Shown: one piece after another, positions 20,696 to 27,992 of the stretch
Layout of the letters: every line of letters begins with the position of its first letter
How positions within the stretch are numbered: the stretch's first letter is position 1
Assembly: GCA_934660865.1 (NCBI GenBank)
Contig: CAKUIA010000009.1
Location: 61,312-93,311 of the forward strand
Origin: an uncultured Opitutales bacterium
Lineage (GTDB): Bacteria; Verrucomicrobiota; Verrucomicrobiia; Opitutales; Intestinicryptomonadaceae
Direction: 5' to 3'
DNA length: 32,000 nucleotides
The notes under the pieces: generated by a model
Told to the model about the DNA's origin: nothing
The model's database searches: none
What the model saw: the letters and a program-made list of their open reading frames with translations, nothing else
Translations under genes and position numbers: made by a program

Positions 20696-21967
20696 ATGGA
20701 CGAATATTTTGCAGGCATAGAGAAATTTAACTTTTGGGGAGATAATCCGCCCGATTTGGGATTTTCGCGCAAATTTTATCTCGAAAAAATAGCGGCGTAT
20801 TCGGAGAGCAAATTGATAAAGGTTCTCGTCGGGCAAAGGAGGGTCGGCAAAAGCTACATTCTGCGGCAAATACTTTTTTCACTCGTAAAAAGCGGACTTC
20901 CAAAAGAGAACACCCTTTACATAAACCGCGAATACGCCGAGTTCGGCTTCATAGAAAGCGCGGAGGATTTGGAGCGCGTCTTTGCCGAATATAAAAAGCG
21001 GATGTCTCCGAAAGGCAAAATCGCCATGTTCATCGACGAAATACAGAACATAAACGGCTGGGAAAAATTCGTGAATTCGCACTCGCAGGATTTTACCGAA
21101 GAATGCGATATCTACATAAGCGGCTCGAATTCTAAAATGCTTTCGGGGGAGCTTGCGACGTTGCTTTCGGGGCGATATATCCAGTTCGAGATTCTGCCGT
21201 ATTCGTTTGTAGAGTTTGCCGAGGTAAACGGACTTTCCGCCGATAGGCAGGCGTATTTGAAATACCTTGCAACGGGCGGGCTTCCCGCTCTTACAACGCT
21301 TCCGACCGAGGAAAGCCGACGCAACTATGTAGACGCGTTAAAAGACACCGTGTTGTTGCGCGACATCGTGCAACGATACAATATAAAAGACCCGAATCTG
21401 CTGGAAAATCTTTTCGCGTTTGCCGTAAACAATTCGTCGTCGCTGATTTCAATCGGCGGCATCGTCAAATACTACAAAGGCAAAAATAAGGCGACGACCT
21501 ACGAAACCGTTTCGTCATACTTGGAATATATGCAAAATTCGTATATTTTGCACAAAGTTGATAGATTTGATATGCGCGGCAAGGAAGTATTGTCGGGCAA
21601 AAGCAAATACTACCTCAACGATTCCGCCTTTCACAACTACCTTTTTGCAGGCGTTGGCTACGGGATAGGATACCAGCTCGAAAACCTGGTTTATCTCGAA
21701 TTGCGCAGGCTCGGCTTCGATGTTTTTGTGGGGACTACGAGGACAAAGGAAGTAGATTTCGTGGCGAAGAAAAGCGACCGTGTTGTTTACATTCAAAGCT
21801 GTTATTTGCTATCCGACGAAGAAACCGCCAAACGCGAATACTCGGCGTTGGAGTCGATTCACGACAACTACGAAAAATACGTTGTTTCGCTCGACGATGT
21901 AAAAATGCCGAACCGCGGCGGGATAATCCACCTGCGCGCGTGGGAGCTGCAAGACGCGCTCAAATAG
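20696..21967 (+). CDS. AAA+ ATPase of the AAA_14 + DUF4143 architecture
   Basis: 423 aa. Walker A is VGQRRVGKSY (20831-20854 covers GQRRVGKS) and Walker B is IAMFIDEIQNINGWEKFV. The C-terminal half (VDFVAKKSDRVVYIQSCY...) resembles the widespread, uncharacterised DUF4143-type ATPases. Confidence 0.75.
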   Translation: MDEYFAGIEKFNFWGDNPPDLGFSRKFYLEKIAAYSESKLIKVLVGQRRVGKSYILRQILFSLVKSGLPKENTLYINREYAEFGFIESAEDLERVFAEYKKRMSPKGKIAMFIDEIQNINGWEKFVNSHSQDFTEECDIYISGSNSKMLSGELATLLSGRYIQFEILPYSFVEFAEVNGLSADRQAYLKYLATGGLPALTTLPTEESRRNYVDALKDTVLLRDIVQRYNIKDPNLLENLFAFAVNNSSSLISIGGIVKYYKGKNKATTYETVSSYLEYMQNSYILHKVDRFDMRGKEVLSGKSKYYLNDSAFHNYLFAGVGYGIGYQLENLVYLELRRLGFDVFVGTTRTKEVDFVAKKSDRVVYIQSCYLLSDEETAKREYSALESIHDNYEKYVVSLDDVKMPNRGGIIHLRAWELQDALK

Positions 21968-21969
21968 CG

Positions 21970-22908
21970 TTATTTTGCCTTGGCGGTTTCTTTTTCCAAA
22001 GCTTTCTTATTTTCGCGCTCTTCGTCGGCTGTCTGCCTTTTTAGGATTGTGCGCAAAGTTTCTTCGCTGTCCACATCGTCGGAGAATTCTTTGCAAACGT
22101 CGTCGAATTCTGCGGAACTATACTCTTTAACGAAGCTGTCGCGGAACTTTTTCAACGCCTGCTCAGGCGTATGATTTTTTCGGTCATATAATGCGAAAAA
22201 ATGGTGTTCGTATTTGCTGCGTTCGGTAATGTCGTCCCTGCCGTCGTTCGAGTCTGAAATGCAATTAGGGTGGCACGCAAAGACAACGGCGATATATTTG
22301 CCGACGTTGCCGTTGTATTTTTGAAATTCTACATTGCGGACAACCAGCCCGTAGCGTCGGCGCGGAAGCTTTGTTCGCTTGTCGGTTGGAACAATTTTGC
22401 GCCGAAGCGGAATTTTAAAATCCCTTTTCAGAATGCGCGTAATCGAAGAGGGCGGATATATCGCCTTTCTGTCTTCGGATTGCGTTTTATCGGCGGGCTG
22501 TTTTGATTTCACGCTTTGAGGTTTGCGCCTTTGCTTTTTTGAAGTCCATTTGTATCTGCACCCGCAAATGTCGTCGCGGCATTTATTGAGCTCGCCGCAG
22601 ATTTTCGAGCGCGTTTGAATTTCACCCGAGGTGAGGCAGTCCAAAATTAGTTCGTTGCGGGCGTTCAAGTTCGACGCCGGCGGCCGTCCGCGCCCGCAAT
22701 ACGGTATGTCAGCGTAAAGCCTATGCACTTCTTCGGCTGAATCGAAATCCCCTTCTTCGCGGATTATTTTTAGCATTCTGCGAATATGCGCAGGCTTGAT
22801 TGGCGAATCTTCCAACTCGAGTTTTCGATACGCATACCCGACGGAGCAATCCCCCAGCGATTTCAGTGCGTCGTACGTTTTCTCGAAAATTGTTGCATTT
22901 GAAGCCAT
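21970..22908 (-). CDS. Hypothetical protein with a Cys cluster and a basic linker, divergent partner of the helicase
   Basis: 312 aa. It contains the Cys cluster CGELNKCRDDICGCRY, the basic stretch TSKKQRRKPQSVKSKQ and a KE-rich C-terminal tail. I recognise no enzymatic motif. Confidence 0.55.
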   Translation of the reverse strand: MASNATIFEKTYDALKSLGDCSVGYAYRKLELEDSPIKPAHIRRMLKIIREEGDFDSAEEVHRLYADIPYCGRGRPPASNLNARNELILDCLTSGEIQTRSKICGELNKCRDDICGCRYKWTSKKQRRKPQSVKSKQPADKTQSEDRKAIYPPSSITRILKRDFKIPLRRKIVPTDKRTKLPRRRYGLVVRNVEFQKYNGNVGKYIAVVFACHPNCISDSNDGRDDITERSKYEHHFFALYDRKNHTPEQALKKFRDSFVKEYSSAEFDDVCKEFSDDVDSEETLRTILKRQTADEERENKKALEKETAKAK

Positions 22909-22928
22909 TTGATATTTTATATAAACAT

Positions 22929-25343
22929 ATGTTAGACGAACTGAAATTCAAAGCTTTTTTACAAGAAACCCTCAATCGGGCACCCGATGACGACCAAATG
23001 GCGGTTCTTCGCGAAATCGCGCGGGTGGCCGAGTCAAATGAGGCTTTGAATTATTTTAGGGTTGGCGCAAGCGCGGGCTCGGGAAAAACCACACTGATTT
23101 TATTTGCCTATGCCCTGCTCAGAAAATTTTGCGGAGTCCACAGTAATCAAATCGTAATTCTTACGCTTAATACACGCATCTCCAACAAGATTAACCTCGA
23201 AATCAAGGCGATTGAAAACAAACTGGAGGAACCCGAGCTTTCGGACGTTTGCGCATACACATTCCACGCATTTGCCATGAGATTTTTGAGAAAAGTCTCT
23301 ATGAAAAAAGGCGACATATTAACAGAAAATGCCAGTGTCTATCATAAAGATGTTTCATATAAGTTCCAGAATTTTATAGGCGAGGAATATCTTGACGATG
23401 AAAAGTTCCGAAAAGACATCGACAATCTCGATTTTCTTGCACATTCGGAGGCGGACTGTTCGACCGAAAAGTCGAAAAAAGTAATGTTGTCGGAGAGGCT
23501 GTCTGACTTCGGAATTTCGAGCAACGGAGCTGTGCTTCGCGGCGACATTGGCAGGCGTTGCTCGAAGGAATTTCAACAAAACCGCACGCTGCGCGGGGAC
23601 TCGTTATTGGACTCGGCGGGGAATCCGCTACCGCAAGCTTTTCAGAAGAGAATCTGCGACATCGCAAACCGCCTTTTCCTTTGGGACATAAACTACGACT
23701 TAAAAATTTGCGACGCCCGTGCGATAATTTCGATTATCGACAACTCTGACTTTGGACAAAACCGGTCTGCCGAATCGGCAAGGCGAAAATCGTATATTGA
23801 AATCGTTGACGGAGACCAAGACGACAATATGTTTTACGGATCGCTTTTGGTAAACGGCAAGTTTTTGAAATCTTTGCCGACGCAACCTACGCCCGAAGAT
23901 TGGCTAAAGTTTTCGCCCGAAGAAACGCCGTCTGACATCGCCGAATTGAGGGAATTTTGCAACGAATGCAATGCCAATACGGAAGGGCAGAAAATTAAAG
24001 ACCTTTCCGGCCTCACATACATCGGCAAGGACGAACTATCGAAGTTCCTAATGGAAATAATAGAACGGCTGAGAGCCGAAGGGAAGATAAGCGTTGTGCC
24101 CAAATCCGGCAGTATGGACGTAAAGACATATGTGGATAAAATATTAAAAAAGTATTCGTCGTCGAATGGTAATGTAGAATCGGGAAGTAATTTAATCGGA
24201 GGAAGCGTAAAAACGCGCGCACAAATCGAATCTTTTTTCAATATCCTATCTACTACGTTGTGCGAACTCATTGACGTAAACTTCGAAACATTTTCAGCTG
24301 TTATGGAAAAGGCGGTCGGAAAAAGTCCGTTGTCGAGTAGGTGCGAAAAAATGCTTAGCAATTTGCGTTTTGTGTTTGTTGACGAAGCTCAGGATATGAA
24401 CCGCGTTTTTGTAGACGTTTTAAAAGAAATTAGAAAGTGTGCGCCCGCCGCCAATTTCATAACGGTAGGCGACCCGGCGCAGGCAATTAACAGGTTTATC
24501 GGCGCACATCCTACGCTGTTTTTGAATTTGGCAAATCCGTCGAAGTCTGTGGACATTCCCAAAGACGGCGCGGATACAGGCGACAACACCAACCATACTC
24601 CCCAAGGGCAGGAAAACCCGTTCGGTAATTTCAAAGTAAAACGCTTTGAGTTGCCAATCACATATCGAATGGATTTAAAGCTTGTTAATGCCGCCAATAC
24701 TTTCAAAAATTTCAAGCGTGTAAAAAGCGACAATTCAAATTCACCCGACATGCGGCTATTCGGACTTACCATGCGTCCGTGTGCCGGAAAAACAAGCAAT
24801 GGGGATATTGAGGTTCACTGCATCGCGCCGAAGGTTATGTCGGAATTTTCAAAAAAGTTCTACGATACGCTTTGCGGGATAATCGAAAAGGAATTGGCGA
24901 AAAATGAAGACGCCGATTTTGCACTGCTAGCCAGAACAAACTTGGTGGATTCGATAGGCGATTTGGAGCTGATTAGACAAAAAACGCTGTCGCTATTGAA
25001 ATCGAAAGGCGTAAAACTCTCCCCCGCGAAATTGAGAGCTTCAACCGTCCATAGATACAAGGGCGAAGAAGCCGACTGTGTCGTAATTCTCGATGCGACG
25101 GACAAAAACTATCCGAAACACTTCGATGAAACGGCGGAGAAAATCAAGCAAATCCTCTTCAATGATCCGCCAAGTGCATATTATGACGATTCGGTAAACT
25201 TGTTCTATGTCGCCATAACGCGAGCCCGACATTCGCTGCACTTCATTTGCAACGACAACCCAAGCGCATTTTTGACGAGGGCGGGAATTTTGACTGCACG
25301 GACACGGCTCAATGAGAGGGAAGCCAGCCAAGACGTCCGCTGA
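22929..25343 (+). CDS. UvrD/Rep/PcrA-like superfamily 1 helicase with an enlarged region between motifs I and II
   Basis: The track ORF starts at a TTG at 22800. The first ATG at 22929 gives 804 aa. Motif I is GASAGSGKTT (23064-23093), followed by TFHAFAMRFL. Motif II is FVFVDEAQDMN (DEAQD at 24381-24395) and motif III is ITVGDPAQAINRFIGA. Then come ELPITYRM and ALLARTN. Motif VI is TVHRYKGEEADCVVIL (from 25044), followed by LFYVAITRARHSLHF. Confidence 0.85.
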   Translation: MLDELKFKAFLQETLNRAPDDDQMAVLREIARVAESNEALNYFRVGASAGSGKTTLILFAYALLRKFCGVHSNQIVILTLNTRISNKINLEIKAIENKLEEPELSDVCAYTFHAFAMRFLRKVSMKKGDILTENASVYHKDVSYKFQNFIGEEYLDDEKFRKDIDNLDFLAHSEADCSTEKSKKVMLSERLSDFGISSNGAVLRGDIGRRCSKEFQQNRTLRGDSLLDSAGNPLPQAFQKRICDIANRLFLWDINYDLKICDARAIISIIDNSDFGQNRSAESARRKSYIEIVDGDQDDNMFYGSLLVNGKFLKSLPTQPTPEDWLKFSPEETPSDIAELREFCNECNANTEGQKIKDLSGLTYIGKDELSKFLMEIIERLRAEGKISVVPKSGSMDVKTYVDKILKKYSSSNGNVESGSNLIGGSVKTRAQIESFFNILSTTLCELIDVNFETFSAVMEKAVGKSPLSSRCEKMLSNLRFVFVDEAQDMNRVFVDVLKEIRKCAPAANFITVGDPAQAINRFIGAHPTLFLNLANPSKSVDIPKDGADTGDNTNHTPQGQENPFGNFKVKRFELPITYRMDLKLVNAANTFKNFKRVKSDNSNSPDMRLFGLTMRPCAGKTSNGDIEVHCIAPKVMSEFSKKFYDTLCGIIEKELAKNEDADFALLARTNLVDSIGDLELIRQKTLSLLKSKGVKLSPAKLRASTVHRYKGEEADCVVILDATDKNYPKHFDETAEKIKQILFNDPPSAYYDDSVNLFYVAITRARHSLHFICNDNPSAFLTRAGILTARTRLNEREASQDVR

Positions 25344-25349
25344 CAAATT

Positions 25350-25388
25350 TTGCCGCAAAGCGCGAAAATACGAATCCGCCTGCGGCAA
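25350..25388. other. Inverted repeat between the convergent helicase and HTH genes (possible weak terminator)
   Basis: TTGCCGCA (25350-25357) and TGCGGCAA (25381-25388) form an 8-bp stem with a 23-nt loop. There is no T-run on either side. Confidence 0.3.
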
Positions 25389-25391
25389 AGT

Positions 25392-25751
25392 CTACTCCTC
25401 TTGTTTTGCCGAAAGGTATTTTTCGGCGAAAAGCGTTTTTTTACGTCTGCTCGAATCGGATTTTATCGGAGTGATGCTTTTGTATTTTTCGTCGGATGCA
25501 ACCGCTGCAAAATCGAACTTAGCCTGCATTAGCAACAGATTGTTTTCGGGCGGAATTTCCAACGCTTTCCCAATGCGGCAGGCGGTATCGGGAGTAAACG
25601 CGCGCTTTCCCTTCACCAAGCGCGAAACGACATCGGGCGTCAATTTTGACTCTTTGGCGAGCGCATACATTGTTATTTTTCTGTCGGCAAGCAAGCGCGC
25701 CAAGAATTTGTGGGGGGATTCAGACTGGTTGCCATCGTGAGTTGCATTCAT
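25392..25751 (-). CDS. XRE-family HTH protein, HigA/VapI-antidote-like
   Basis: 119 aa. The text PHKFLARLLADRKITMYALAKESKLTPDVVSRLVKGKRAFTPDTACRIGKALEIPPENNLLLMQAKFDF follows the HigA-type pattern (…GKR.IT.DTA.RL.K.. then …Q..YDL). Confidence 0.7.
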   Translation of the reverse strand: MNATHDGNQSESPHKFLARLLADRKITMYALAKESKLTPDVVSRLVKGKRAFTPDTACRIGKALEIPPENNLLLMQAKFDFAAVASDEKYKSITPIKSDSSRRKKTLFAEKYLSAKQEE

Positions 25752-25878
25752 AACGATAAGAGAATTAGGTTGTTGGATATATATTTGCTTATCGATATAC
25801 TATTTACAAGCAAAATTATTGTTATTTAAGTTCACAACACGTGCAATTATAACCTCCCCACCGCCAACGGACTGCGCG

Positions 25879-25907
25879 TATATATCATAAACGCGCAATT
25901 GTGTCAA
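25879..25907 (-). promoter_or_regulatory. Sigma-70-like promoter candidate with an inverted repeat embracing the -10 box
   Basis: On the minus strand, TTGACA (complement of 25902-25907) is followed by a 17-nt spacer and then TATATA (25879-25884). The 7-bp arms TGCGCGT/ACGCGCA flank the -10 box. It lies about 125 nt upstream of the HTH gene start. Whether this host uses -35/-10 promoters is unknown. Confidence 0.35.
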
Positions 25908-25952
25908 TCGAACTTACAATGTTTATGTTCTTGCTACGCAAGAAGGAAATTC

Positions 25953-25988
25953 AAAAAAAAGAGATACCTCCGAAACCGAAAGTATCTC
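25953..25988 (-). terminator. Rho-independent terminator after the relaxase gene
   Basis: The stem GAGATAC (25961-25967) pairs with GTATCTC (25982-25988). On the minus strand a T8 run follows (A-run on the plus strand at 25953-25960). It lies 27 nt downstream of the stop at 26015. Confidence 0.7.
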
Positions 25989-26014
25989 TGAATATGGCAG
26001 CTCAATCAAAATTA

Positions 26015-27409
26015 TTAACGATCAAAATCATAACTACGTTGTGTATCTTGCGTAGGCTGGTTTTGTTGCGTCCTACTTTGCGGTGGCGGATACCCTTGTT
26101 GTTGTCCGGTCTGTTGTTTTTGAGTTTTCTGCTGTTCCTTTTCGTGGAAGAATTCTTCCAAATCTTTTATGATATACAAAAATAGTACCATCATTTTACT
26201 ACCATTTGGCGAAAGTTTTTTTTCCCACTCCTGCTGAAATTTTTCTAACGTCGAAACATACTGTATATTTCTGAGAGCATCTGACAACATGCCCCTAACT
26301 TTTGTGCCAGCTTCCGAAATTCGTCTTGTTGTTGTTTTAAGGTTTCTTTCAATTGATAGATTTCCTGGGTGTAGCTTTCCATGATATTCTCTTCCATCTG
26401 ATCCATCGATCTGTTTAGCGCCTCCACTTCCCTCGCCAAATCTTTCGCTATTTCCTGAACCCCCTCGCGAAGAATTCCGTGAATCTGCGACTTGGGTTTT
26501 TTCAACTCGTTCATGAGGATTTCCGCAAACGGCGGAATCATATGATACAGAATTGGCGTTGCTGTTTTTGACATGTTGTCCAATGTTGTTGCTTTGTTCT
26601 GGGTGTTCATAGTTTTTTAAGTATTTATATTTATTTTTAAGACGCGCGTAGCGCGTTTGGGAAAGTTTTTTGTATTGTTCGTCAACATCTACTCCTTCCG
26701 AATCAATCGCACGCGTGTTGTCGTTATTACAAAGATTGCCTGTAAGTTTTATCTTCGTATCTCCCGATTTTACTGTTATCGAAGTGTCGGTCTTTCGGTT
26801 TATGATAAAATTGCTTTGCTTTAAAAACCTTTCGAAATCCTCGCGGTTGTTTATCGCTTTCCCATACTCCGACATCTCATTTTTCAGTCTGAGGAAAAGC
26901 GACTGCTGAGACGAATTCCAATATTTGTTTGCATCGGCAAGTCCCCGCCTGAGCTCGGGCGAATTCGGGTCGGTGAGTTTCGGATATTTTTTATGGATAT
27001 AACGCCCGAACGCCTCGAAGTATTTTCTGTCGTATTTATCGAAATAGACCGGGAAATATCTCCCGCCGACACTCTCCGCCGCAACGAAGTTTAATTCGAA
27101 ATCGTGCTTGGGATTGTCGTGCAAGATGAACAAGTGTTGAAAGTTCGACTTGTCCATATTTGGATAAACCTTCTCCAGAATGTCGTCCATTAACGAAGCA
27201 AGAAACTTTGTCCCTCCAAGCTCCGCAAGCGACTTTTTGTCGCGATAGCAGAACGTCACATAGCCCTTCTTTTTGCTGGATTTTTGTTCGATTTCGCGCA
27301 TAAAACTGTCATAGCAACCGCCGACAATTGTTGAGGGACGCTTGCGTCCTTTTGAATCTACATCGCCGAGCAAGTACTTTAACGTAGACGGTAAATATTC
27401 TATAATCAT
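26015..27409 (-). CDS. Putative mobilization relaxase (MobA/VirD2-like N-terminal domain); the C-terminal half has an uncertain gene model
   Basis: 464 aa. Its ATG overlaps the mobC stop as ATGA (27409-27406), the usual mobC-relaxase arrangement. The N-terminus MIIEYLPSTLKYLL contains a candidate catalytic Tyr. HLFILHDNPKHDFELNFV resembles the relaxase His-rich motif, but only two His align. The Q/P-rich tail is of low complexity. Confidence 0.6.
   Translation of the reverse strand: MIIEYLPSTLKYLLGDVDSKGRKRPSTIVGGCYDSFMREIEQKSSKKKGYVTFCYRDKKSLAELGGTKFLASLMDDILEKVYPNMDKSNFQHLFILHDNPKHDFELNFVAAESVGGRYFPVYFDKYDRKYFEAFGRYIHKKYPKLTDPNSPELRRGLADANKYWNSSQQSLFLRLKNEMSEYGKAINNREDFERFLKQSNFIINRKTDTSITVKSGDTKIKLTGNLCNNDNTRAIDSEGVDVDEQYKKLSQTRYARLKNKYKYLKNYEHPEQSNNIGQHVKNSNANSVSYDSAVCGNPHERVEKTQVADSRNSSRGGSGNSERFGEGSGGAKQIDGSDGREYHGKLHPGNLSIERNLKTTTRRISEAGTKVRGMLSDALRNIQYVSTLEKFQQEWEKKLSPNGSKMMVLFLYIIKDLEEFFHEKEQQKTQKQQTGQQQGYPPPQSRTQQNQPTQDTQRSYDFDR
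26245..26610 (-). other. 121-aa ORF nested in the +1 frame of the relaxase ORF (possible separate gene)
   Basis: The ATG at 26610 has an A-rich leader like other genes here. The product MNTQNKATTLDNMSKTATPILYHMIPPFAEILMNELKK...EIYQLKETLKQQQDEFRKLAQKL has amphipathic, coiled-coil character. The relaxase frame over the same bases reads as G/S/R-rich low-complexity text. Confidence 0.3.
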
Positions 27410-27858
27410 CTCGAATTCCTTTGTCTTATCTGCGATAGGATTTCTTTGTGTAATTCGGAATTACTTTTTACATATTCCACTATCGCTAAGCATTCGTCGC
27501 CGTTCTCAATTCCGCGGGCGAAATCTTCTATTGCCATAGCCTTACCCAGAATTTTCACAAGCGCAGCCTGTGTGTTTAATATATCGATGGGGTTCTCGTA
27601 TTTCAGCGCAAAATTCAGATCTCGCGCAATCTGGTTGAGATTGTTTGAAAGCCTGCTGATTGCCACAATACGCGCATGTTCAATTGTCTCTTTTTTGACG
27701 AAAACAAGATCTCGTATCTTTCCGAGAAAATCCGCAACGGCGTTACGTATAAGCTCGCCGACACTGATTTCCCGCGCCTTCGCCTCCGCGTTCCATAATT
27801 TCTTTTCCTTTTCGGGAACGCGAAATTCCACTCGTTTATCTTTTGTTTCTTTGTCCAT
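27406..27858 (-). CDS. mobC: Relaxosome accessory protein MobC
   Basis: The track ORF begins at a TTG at 27918; the ATG at 27858 gives MDKETKDKRVEFRVPEKEKKLWNAEAKAREISVGELIRNAV (RHH-like). This is followed by the MobC signature ISRLSNNLNQIARDLN. Confidence 0.8.
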   Translation of the reverse strand: MDKETKDKRVEFRVPEKEKKLWNAEAKAREISVGELIRNAVADFLGKIRDLVFVKKETIEHARIVAISRLSNNLNQIARDLNFALKYENPIDILNTQAALVKILGKAMAIEDFARGIENGDECLAIVEYVKSNSELHKEILSQIRQRNSR

Positions 27859-27905
27859 AATTACAATTTTCCTTAAGAAACGCGTAGCGTTTTCGGGGGT
27901 GTCCA

Positions 27906-27956
27906 GAGGGGGTGTCAACCACCCTCGGCAAGCTGGGGTAATGTCCGTGTACGGAC
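27906..27956. promoter_or_regulatory. Candidate oriT region (inverted repeats upstream of mobC)
   Basis: An imperfect inverted repeat pairs GAGGGGGTG (27906-27914) with CACCCTC (27920-27926). A perfect palindrome GTCCGT-GT-ACGGAC lies at 27943-27956. Both sit in the short gap upstream of mobC, where oriT usually lies in MobC/relaxase modules. Confidence 0.35.
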
Positions 27957-27992
27957 AATTCCCCTATGCTTGCACTGCGAAACCCGTGTTGG

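Noticed and set aside
22800-22928. The TTG-initiated 5' extension of the helicase ORF (847-aa form), which overlaps the divergent 312-aa gene by 109 bp.
   Set aside because: The extension (MANLPTRVFDTHTRRSNPPAISVRR…) looks like the antisense shadow of the neighbouring gene. The first ATG at 22929 precedes the conserved helicase N-terminus and has the A/T-rich leader typical of this genome.
25901-26185. A plus-strand 94-aa ORF spanning the relaxase terminator and the relaxase 3' end.
   Set aside because: It begins with a non-ATG codon, runs antisense through a rho-independent terminator and the Q/P-rich relaxase tail, and its hydrophobic L/R-rich translation is typical of an antisense artefact.
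26612-26618. The heptamer A AAA AAC, in the relaxase frame just upstream of the nested ORF, could be a -1 programmed frameshift site joining the two frames.
   Set aside because: The nested ORF is in the +1 frame relative to the relaxase, not the -1 frame. Its frame also has a TAA only 9 nt upstream of its ATG (26619-26617). A -1 slip here would therefore not enter it.
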